Part shown: one piece after another, positions 30,105 through 37,404 of the stretch
Numbering within the stretch: position 1 is the first letter of the stretch
How the letters are laid out: each line of letters starts with the position of its first letter
NCBI GenBank assembly: GCA_963841435.1
Contig: CAWJCS010000003.1
Span: 416,001 to 480,000, forward strand
Direction of reading: 5' to 3'
DNA: 64,000 nucleotides
From: an uncultured delta proteobacterium
GTDB lineage: Bacteria; Myxococcota_A; Polyangia; Polyangiales; Polyangiaceae
Notes under the pieces: generated by a model
What the model was told of the DNA's origin: nothing
Database searches by the model: none
Seen by the model: the letters and a program-made list of their open reading frames with translations, nothing else
Made by a program: the position numbers and the translations under genes

Positions 30105-31139
30105 ATGCATTGGCGTTCGCGCGTGAGGGTCTCGCTCGTCGTCACCGGCGTCTTTCTGTGTGCGCCGCACGCTCGGGCGGAAGGGGCGCCGGCGGGTGCC
30201 ACCGCCGCCGGCGTGCAGCGCCAGGCGGCGCGCCAGCACTACGAGCAGGGGCTCGCGCACGCCGCCCACGGCGACTACGCGCTCGCGCTCGACGAGTTCC
30301 GGCAGGCCTACGCCAAAAGCCCGAACTACGCCGTGCTCTACAACATCGGGCAAGCCGAGCTCGCGCTCGGTCGCCCACTCGCCGCCGTCTTCGCGCTCTC
30401 GAGCTACCTCAGGGACGGCGGCAGCGAGGTGCCCTCCGAGCGGGCGCAGCAGGTCAAAAAGCAGATCGCCGAGCTCAGCGCGCTCTTCGCCGAGATCAGC
30501 GTCGCGAGCGAGCTCGGGGGAGCTGTCGTCTCCGTGGATGAACGCGACGTGGGGCTCGCGCCGCTTGCCGAGCCGGTGCGCGTCCAGGCGGGGACCCACG
30601 TCGTCACGGCGAGCCGCGACGGCGCCGTGCTCGCCACGGAGGTGATCACCGTCGGCGAAGGCGAAAAAACCAGAGTCCATCTCGCCGCAGCACCTCCGCC
30701 CGCTGCGCCGCTCGTGCCGCCCGCGTCCACCGTTGCCGAAGCTCCGCCGTCGCTGCCCGCGCCCGTCCGGCGGCCCGTGTCCTCACCGCCGGCCGGGCGG
30801 CACGGGCCCAGCGTGCCGCTCGGCTACGTCGTGGCCGGGGCAGGCGTGGCGCTCGCCGGCGGCACGCTCGCTCACTACTTCTGGAATCGTGGGCGCCACG
30901 GGCAGTGGCTCGCAAACGAAGAGCTTCTCGGCTCCCCCGCGACGCCCGACCGACCGGACTTGCAACGAAAGAACAACAATCTCGCGGACTCGATCGACCG
31001 AGCAAGCGTCGTGACGGTCGTGCTCGCGGCATCCAGCGCGGCGTTGGTCCTGGCCGGCGTCGCCATCGAGGTCGGTGGCGCGTTCGGCGCGCCCACGGGA
31101 GCGCACACGGCAAGCGTGAGCTACAGGGGAACGTGGTGA
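30105..31139 (+). CDS. Secreted TPR plus PEGA domain protein
   Basis: Signal peptide, ARQHYEQG...ALDEFRQAYAKSPNYAVLYNIGQ (TPR), GAVVSVD...PVRVQAGTHVV (PEGA), ends YRGTW. Confidence 0.85.
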   Translation: MHWRSRVRVSLVVTGVFLCAPHARAEGAPAGATAAGVQRQAARQHYEQGLAHAAHGDYALALDEFRQAYAKSPNYAVLYNIGQAELALGRPLAAVFALSSYLRDGGSEVPSERAQQVKKQIAELSALFAEISVASELGGAVVSVDERDVGLAPLAEPVRVQAGTHVVTASRDGAVLATEVITVGEGEKTRVHLAAAPPPAAPLVPPASTVAEAPPSLPAPVRRPVSSPPAGRHGPSVPLGYVVAGAGVALAGGTLAHYFWNRGRHGQWLANEELLGSPATPDRPDLQRKNNNLADSIDRASVVTVVLAASSAALVLAGVAIEVGGAFGAPTGAHTASVSYRGTW

Positions 31140-32161
31140 CGCGCACGACGCTGCTCGGCGGCCTGCTTTCGACCCTCCTCGCCGCGGGCTGCTACGACAT
31201 GCCGCGCACCAATCCGGCCTCGCGCGGACCGACCTCGTACACCGCAGTCCCCATCGTGCCCAATGCCGACGGCTGGGTCGCGAAGAACGGCAATCCGCTC
31301 GGCATTCAGGGCCATTTTTACGTCTACGGCGACCAATACGACAGCCCGCGCACGTGCACCGACGTGGGTGGGCACCCCGCACAGCGCTGCTCCACCGTGG
31401 AGTCGCCGACCGTGCACGTCCCCAAGCTGGGTTTTACCAATGTCGACGGTCGATTGTGCACGATCGGGACCGCGGCCGAGGTCGTCGCTTGCTGCGACCC
31501 GGCGACGCCCGGTTTGATCGATGACTGCGAAGGCAGCGGCGCCGACACGGCGGTGTGTTGCGCCCCGACGAAGGTGCCGTGCCCCGGCCCCGACACGCTG
31601 CACGACTATTCGAACATGTGGGGCGCGGGCATCGGGCTCGACTTCGACCTCGAGCCAGCGGATTTCGACGGAACCCCACCCACCACGCGCGACCCGAACG
31701 ACCGCAAGGTCTGGAGCGCGCCGGCGCGGCGCGTCGTGGGCGTCGCGTTCGATCTCGACTGGACGTCCGTGAGCGGCGCACCGGAGCCCACGATCAGGGT
31801 GGAAGCGCCGATCCGATTTCCCGACGGGCAACCCTTGCCGAGCGGGCGCGGCGCCGTGCTGCTCGACGGCACGATCATCGAGCCCGACGGCGACCTCCCG
31901 CCTGGCTCGACGAGCGAGGAGCATCCGGTCGGGAGCCCCTTCTGGCGCTCCGGCAAGCGCTGGGAGGACACGGCCGTGAAGGCGGGACACAACGAGCTCT
32001 TGTTCGTCAACCTCGAGCCACCACCCGACGACCTAGCGGCAAACTACGTGGTCGATACGACGCAGCTTCTCGGCATTCAGTTTCACGTGCCGCCGCTCAC
32101 CCAGCCCGCGCCGCTGAAATACGCGTTCTGCATCAGCCATCTCGCGCTACTCCGCGAGTAG
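31136..32161 (+). CDS. Cys-rich lipoprotein, putative carbohydrate-binding (CBM-like) fold
   Basis: Lipobox LAAGC, GIQGHFYVYGD, YSNMWGAGIGLDF, LLGIQFHVP, YAFCISHL. Paralogue at 34362. Confidence 0.7.
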   Translation: MTRTTLLGGLLSTLLAAGCYDMPRTNPASRGPTSYTAVPIVPNADGWVAKNGNPLGIQGHFYVYGDQYDSPRTCTDVGGHPAQRCSTVESPTVHVPKLGFTNVDGRLCTIGTAAEVVACCDPATPGLIDDCEGSGADTAVCCAPTKVPCPGPDTLHDYSNMWGAGIGLDFDLEPADFDGTPPTTRDPNDRKVWSAPARRVVGVAFDLDWTSVSGAPEPTIRVEAPIRFPDGQPLPSGRGAVLLDGTIIEPDGDLPPGSTSEEHPVGSPFWRSGKRWEDTAVKAGHNELLFVNLEPPPDDLAANYVVDTTQLLGIQFHVPPLTQPAPLKYAFCISHLALLRE

Positions 32162-32237
32162 CGCGCGCTCGACCGCCGGGGCACGGACTCCCGGAGTCGC
32201 ACCGCCCTGCGCGGCGGCGCTCGGCAGCACCCTCGGA

Positions 32238-32265
32238 ACGTCCCGCGGACGTCCGAGGAACGTCC
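32238..32265. promoter_or_regulatory. Three helically phased ACGTCC direct repeats (candidate EBP enhancer)
   Basis: ACGTCC at 32238, 32249 and 32260 (11-bp period), 65-90 bp upstream of a sigma54 motif. Confidence 0.55.
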
Positions 32266-32328
32266 GAAGGGTGCCGGACGATCTCGAAAACCCGCGCTCT
32301 CGCAGCGCACCCGGAGCGAGCACGACCA

Positions 32329-32343
32329 GGCACGTCGGTTGCA
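32329..32343 (+). promoter_or_regulatory. Candidate sigma54 promoter of the beta-barrel gene
   Basis: GGCACGTCGGTTGCA, GG-N10-GC. Confidence 0.7.
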
Positions 32344-32360
32344 CCGGGGCACCGCATCCC

Positions 32361-34277
32361 ATGCGAACCATCGTCCTCGCGAGTCTCTGTCTGCTGCTGC
32401 CCGTCACGGCCCGAGCCCAAACCCCCGGCGAGCAGAAGCCGGAGAGCGACACGAGCCCGACGGAGTCCGCGGCCGCGGCGGCGGAGAGCGAAGCGTCCCC
32501 CGCGACGCCACCCGACGCGCTGGCGGCACCGGAGCCGAACGCGGGCGGTCCCGCGGGACCCATGCCCGAAAATCCCAGCCGCGCCGAGGCGCCACCGCCG
32601 GCGAGCGCCGCCCCTCGCATCCCCACGGAGCCCGAGGACAGCGGTGGCTCTTGGCACTTCGACTACCACGGCTACCTGCGCGCCCCGATGCGCATCGGCA
32701 TCGGCAGGCGCCTGCCGGAAGACACGAACGGCTTCGGCGTTTCGGGTCGCAGCGCGACCACGCTTCACCAGCCCGTCGTTCCGGACGATCAATACCTGAG
32801 CTTTCAGTCGACCGCCCACAACATGCGCACCTGGGCGGAGGGCTTCTTCAGCTACGGCAACGACTGGGTGAAGGGCGTGATCGGAATCGGCGCCTACAAC
32901 CTGACGGAAGCGGGCTTCAGCGATCCCGAGTCGCAGTGGGGCATCTCGCAGGCGTACGTGGAGCTCACGCCGGACCTCGGCTACGAAAACGTGCGCATCC
33001 GTGGCAAAGCGGGCGCCATCGTCAACCGCTATGGCATGGCGGGGCGCTACGACGCGGGCGAGTACGACATGTACATGTTCGGCCGCACGCACGTGATGGG
33101 CGAGACGTTCCACGTCGACTACGACGTGACACCGGCCTGGACGCTCTACCTCGAGCAGGGCTTCGGCACGCACGAGCCGGACCCCAAAGCCGCGAACAAC
33201 GCGCATTTCACGCTGCTGCACCACGAGCACATCGGGCTCAAGCAGGGCCGCGATCTCGAGCTCGGCGCGCACTACCTCATGAGCTGGTCGCAGGAGGAGT
33301 TTCGCAATACGGGCGGCGTCGCGACCGGGAGCAAGGGCGCGCCGCGCAACGGCTTGCCGAACGGGAAGCTGTGGGTCACCGGGGTCGAAGCGCGCGCCGA
33401 GCTCGGAGCCTTCGGCTACGTCTACGGAGCGTTTTCCCACGTCGGATCGGACTATTCGCTCAACGTGTCGCGCGCGATCGAGGTGCTGCACGCCTCGGGC
33501 GGCGGGGAGTTCGAGCTCGGCATCCCCGCGAACTACCTCGACAGCCCGCGCTGTCTCGAGACGCCGCCCACCGTTCAGGTCCCGGTGCCGGCAGGAGCGC
33601 CGCCGAACTGGCAGCCGCTCGACATGAATGGCTGCAGCGACGGCAACGGTTCGATCAACGCAATCCAAGGTCACTACCAGTTCAGCCTCACGAACTTCCG
33701 GCAGCAGATCGCAGGGGGGGAGCGCTTCTGGGGGCGCGGCTTCGACGCCGTGCTCAAGCTCTACGGCTTCGCGGCATTCGTGAACAGCGAGGCCCGCGAC
33801 ACGACGAAGGTCTCGAAGAACGGTGGGCAGCTCACCGAGGCGCCGCAGGGTTACAAGCTCGTCAAGTCCAAGTTCGGCGTCGATCTCTTGGTGCAAGCGC
33901 TGCCCTGGCTCTCGCCGGCATTGCGCTTCGACCGCGTGCTGCCAAACAGCCACGTACCGGAGCAATCGTTCGCGGTTCTCTCGCCGCGCCTCGAGTTCAA
34001 GACGCAGTGGGTGACGCACGAGCGCGTGACGCTCGGCTACTCACACTACTTTTACGACCAGCGCTTGTGCGAGCCGCGTCTCGTCTCCGACGGCAGCGGC
34101 GGAAACGTCCCCAACCCGGATCCACTCTCGCAATACCGCTGCACGCAGCCGCCTCCGTCGGCGGTTCCTTACGACGGTTTCGGAACCAACACGATCGATC
34201 AGGACGGCAAGCGCGCGACGGGCGTAACGCGCCCCGACGAGAACGTGTTCAAGGTCGAAGCGACCATGTGGTGGTGA
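32361..34277 (+). CDS. Outer-membrane beta-barrel protein, distant LamB/maltoporin-like
   Basis: Signal peptide, Pro/Ala linker, first strand FDYHGYLR, alternating aromatic beta-strands, C-terminus FKVEATMWW. Confidence 0.7.
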   Translation: MRTIVLASLCLLLPVTARAQTPGEQKPESDTSPTESAAAAAESEASPATPPDALAAPEPNAGGPAGPMPENPSRAEAPPPASAAPRIPTEPEDSGGSWHFDYHGYLRAPMRIGIGRRLPEDTNGFGVSGRSATTLHQPVVPDDQYLSFQSTAHNMRTWAEGFFSYGNDWVKGVIGIGAYNLTEAGFSDPESQWGISQAYVELTPDLGYENVRIRGKAGAIVNRYGMAGRYDAGEYDMYMFGRTHVMGETFHVDYDVTPAWTLYLEQGFGTHEPDPKAANNAHFTLLHHEHIGLKQGRDLELGAHYLMSWSQEEFRNTGGVATGSKGAPRNGLPNGKLWVTGVEARAELGAFGYVYGAFSHVGSDYSLNVSRAIEVLHASGGGEFELGIPANYLDSPRCLETPPTVQVPVPAGAPPNWQPLDMNGCSDGNGSINAIQGHYQFSLTNFRQQIAGGERFWGRGFDAVLKLYGFAAFVNSEARDTTKVSKNGGQLTEAPQGYKLVKSKFGVDLLVQALPWLSPALRFDRVLPNSHVPEQSFAVLSPRLEFKTQWVTHERVTLGYSHYFYDQRLCEPRLVSDGSGGNVPNPDPLSQYRCTQPPPSAVPYDGFGTNTIDQDGKRATGVTRPDENVFKVEATMWW

Positions 34278-34361
34278 GTGCCCGGCGGAGACGACCTTTC
34301 GACGAACGGCGAACGAGGCGAAACGGGGTGACGACGCTCGGACGAAGCACGGAGGTTCAGG

Positions 34362-35252
34362 ATGAAACCCGGAAAATGCTGCAGAGCTTGCGCTAGAATG
34401 CTGATGTTGGGGGCAACGGTCGCGGCTTGCAGCACGCCGCCCGACGAGACCACGCCGTCGGGCACGGGGGGCTCGGGGAGCGGCGGATTCCGCCGGGGAC
34501 GCGAACGCCGACGTGACGATGGTTCCCGACTCGACCGGCTGGCTCGAGGGCGCCGACAATACCTTCGGCGTGCAGGGCGCGTGGTATCCGTACGGCGACC
34601 AGTACGGAGACCGGCCGACCGACGCCAAGTGCATCCGAAGGGGCATGCACGATCCCTCCGAGTGCTCGACCATCGCGACGCCCGCGTTCGATTTGAGGGC
34701 GTTTCCCAACGTGGGGGAAAAATGTGCACCGAGGGCGCCGTCGCGGTCATCCTCCCCTGCGCAGCAGGCATCACCACCTCGGGCTGCCCCGACAAGGACT
34801 ACTCGAACATGTGGGGCGCCGGCATCGGCATGGACCTCAACGCCAAAAAGGCGGAGGACGGCGGCCAGAAGAATAGCTGGGATCCGGCGCTCTTCGGCGT
34901 GATCGGCATCTCGTTCGAAATCGACGCCGTGCCGCTCCCGGGCCTGCGCGTGGAATTTCCCATGCTGCTCACGGACGAAGAGGCCGCGCGCGTAAACCTT
35001 CCGTCGGGCTCCACCACCGACGACCATCCCGACGGCGCGCCGTACTGGGGCGCAACGAGCGTCTTCCCGGCCTCGAACGTGGTGGCCGGCACGAACCGCG
35101 TCGTTTGGTCCGAGGTGCAGCCGCCCCGGACGAACTACGTCTTCGATACCAAGCGCATTCTCGGCATCCAGTTCCACGTGCCCGCGGTGCCCGGCCCGAA
35201 CAAGGGCCCCTACGCGTTCTGCGTCGAGAACCTCACGCTACTCCGGCACTAA
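34362..35252 (+). CDS. Lipoprotein paralogous to 31136-32161, with two compensating frameshifts (about 34475 and about 34716)
   Basis: Lipobox VAAC in frame A. MVPDSTGWLEGADNTFGVQGAWYPYGDQYG in frame B aligns with the paralogue. Returns to frame A at KMCTEG...YSNMWGAGIGMDLN...ILGIQFHVP...YAFCVENL. Confidence 0.75.
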   Translation: MKPGKCCRACARMLMLGATVAACSTPPDETTPSGTGGSGSGGFRRGRERRRDDGSRLDRLARGRRQYLRRAGRVVSVRRPVRRPADRRQVHPKGHARSLRVLDHRDARVRFEGVSQRGGKMCTEGAVAVILPCAAGITTSGCPDKDYSNMWGAGIGMDLNAKKAEDGGQKNSWDPALFGVIGISFEIDAVPLPGLRVEFPMLLTDEEAARVNLPSGSTTDDHPDGAPYWGATSVFPASNVVAGTNRVVWSEVQPPRTNYVFDTKRILGIQFHVPAVPGPNKGPYAFCVENLTLLRH

Positions 35253-35372
35253 CGAGCCGCCCCGGAAGGGCTCCCGGGGGCTCCGCCCGGGCGATGGTCT
35301 GCCCCCGCGCGCCCGAGACCCGGGAGCACCGATTTGGCGCGCCCCGCTCCGACGTGCTTTTCTTGTGCGCGG

Positions 35373-36137
35373 ATGGGACTGGTGCCTTTGGTCGCGCTCG
35401 CGTCGAGCACGAAAGCGCTCGCGCACTTCGGGAGCCCTCACGCGCCGCGCACGCCCGTCGACGCCCTCCCCGTGCGGCACGGTATCGAGTCGCTCGCGGA
35501 GGGCTGGTCCGCATTCGGCGACGGGTGGCTCCTGCTCGACATGTGCGTGGTGATGCTGCTCGCGCTCCTGCTCGGCGGGCTCATCGCGTATCACCCCTCG
35601 GTCAGGCGCGGCATCTCGAACCTCGAGCACGTCGAGCAACCGAAGACGTTGCTCATTTACGCGGTCGTCGCGGCCGTCGTGGCGCTCATCGTCCAGGTGC
35701 AGCCCGCCATGGCCTTCGTGATCTTCGGCATCGGGGGGCTTCTGCGCTTTCGCACCAGGGTGGGCGATGCCAAGGACACCGGCCGCGTGATCCTCGTCAC
35801 GGTGATCGGTTTGTGCTGTGGCCTCAAGATCTACGTGGTCGCCGTTCCCGCGACGCTCATCGGGTGGCTGCTCATCTACGTTTTGGAGCGCGAGGTGATG
35901 GCGGCGATCCGGATTTCCGGCGTCCCCGAGGGGTCGCTTCAGGAATCGGCTCGGGCTCACCGCGCCCTGATCCAGGCCGCCGGCTTCACCGTCATCGGCG
36001 AACAGACGCGCTTCGCGAAGCGCGAGCTGAGCTTCGTCGTGAAAGCGGCCGTGGTGCCCGACCGTGACCGTTTGGGGGCCGCCTTCGACGCGCTGCCCGC
36101 CGAGGTGCGCGGCGTCGTCAACTGGGAGAGGCTCTAG
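35373..36137 (+). CDS. Membrane protein, DUF4956/MgtC-SapB-like
   Basis: Several TM helices, AFVIFGIGGLLRFRT.V.DAKDT, and a soluble C-terminal domain. Confidence 0.7.
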   Translation: MGLVPLVALASSTKALAHFGSPHAPRTPVDALPVRHGIESLAEGWSAFGDGWLLLDMCVVMLLALLLGGLIAYHPSVRRGISNLEHVEQPKTLLIYAVVAAVVALIVQVQPAMAFVIFGIGGLLRFRTRVGDAKDTGRVILVTVIGLCCGLKIYVVAVPATLIGWLLIYVLEREVMAAIRISGVPEGSLQESARAHRALIQAAGFTVIGEQTRFAKRELSFVVKAAVVPDRDRLGAAFDALPAEVRGVVNWERL

Positions 36138-36245
36138 GACGACCCCGAGAGCCCGAAAACCGGCTAGGTCGGCGCCGTTTTGGAGCCGTGCCAGGGGCCG
36201 GGCCGAAAAGTTTTCCAATTTCCGTCGGGCGTGGAGGCTCTGGGC

Positions 36246-37310
36246 GTGTCGCCCCCTCCCCCCTTCACATGGACGCTGCTCGGACTCTCGCTCGCGGGCC
36301 TGTGCCTCGCCGGCACGGCTCAAGCGCGTTTGGCGTCGCAGTCGAGCGCCGGGCAGCCCCCGGGCAAGGCGGCGAGCGCCAAGCACGACCGCGCCCGCGC
36401 CAAGGGCGACGCGGCAAGCGCCCCGCGGCCCAAGCCCGCGAAAGCGAAGAGCAAGGGGCCCGCCGCTCTGAAAGGCCAAAGGCGGTCGAGCGTGGCAAAG
36501 GCGGCCCCAGCGCTGAAGGCGGCGTCGCTCGAAAAGCAGCCGGCAGCCAAGGAGCACGGGGAGCAGCCATCGTCCGCCCGCGCCAGCACCACGAAGGGCA
36601 AGAATGCAAAAGCGCTGACCGACCCGAAGCGGGTCGTCTTACCGCCACACGAAAACCCATACCTGGAGATCCCCGAGCGCAAGGTCGCCGAAGCGACGCT
36701 CGCGTTCCACTACGCGAATCTCTCCAACGAGGAGGCCTTGGAGGAGCTCGACCGCCGGGAGATCGCCTGGGAACCTGCCACACCGCCGATGCCGGGCGTG
36801 CGCGCGCCCATCCGCCTCACGGGGCCGCTCCGGGGCGTCTTCATTCACTCGACCCTACCGCCGGCCGAGCGCGCCACGAGCCCATTCGAGATCCTCGACG
36901 CCCGCCTGGCGCTCGCGCTCGACGATTTCTGCGTCCTGCTCGCCCAGCACGACGTGACTGAAATCGTGCACTACACGATGTACCGGCCGCCAGCCGTGCT
37001 CCCGAAGGACCCCGAGCGCCAGATCCGCCACCCGGCGGGCCTCGCCATCGACATGGGTGCCCTGAAAAAGCGCGATGGTCGCTGGCTCGCCGTGGGCCCG
37101 CACTGGCCGAGCGACATCGGCGCGAAAACCTGCGGCGCGGGGGCCCGCGAGCACTGGACGCCCGAGGCGCGGGAGCTCGTCAGCATCGTCTGCGAGGCAA
37201 CTGACCAGCGCCTCTTTCATTTCGCGCTGACGCCGGACTTCGACGCCGCGCACGCCGACCACGTGCACCTGGAGATCAAGCCCGGGGCCCGCTGGTTCAT
37301 CGTGAACTGA
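36246..37310 (+). CDS. Extensin-like C-terminal domain protein (exported)
   Basis: Signal peptide, Lys/Ala-rich linker, PGVRAPIRL.GPLRGV, RHPAGLAIDM, LTPDFDAAHADHVHLE. Start uncertain. Confidence 0.78.
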   Translation: MSPPPPFTWTLLGLSLAGLCLAGTAQARLASQSSAGQPPGKAASAKHDRARAKGDAASAPRPKPAKAKSKGPAALKGQRRSSVAKAAPALKAASLEKQPAAKEHGEQPSSARASTTKGKNAKALTDPKRVVLPPHENPYLEIPERKVAEATLAFHYANLSNEEALEELDRREIAWEPATPPMPGVRAPIRLTGPLRGVFIHSTLPPAERATSPFEILDARLALALDDFCVLLAQHDVTEIVHYTMYRPPAVLPKDPERQIRHPAGLAIDMGALKKRDGRWLAVGPHWPSDIGAKTCGAGAREHWTPEARELVSIVCEATDQRLFHFALTPDFDAAHADHVHLEIKPGARWFIVN

Positions 37311-37404
37311 AGGCGCCCGGGAGCGGCCTCGGCCCACCGCGACGGTTGACAGAAGACCTACGACCGGGGGAGCCTGAACGCGCGCTCATCATCAGATCGT
37401 AAGG

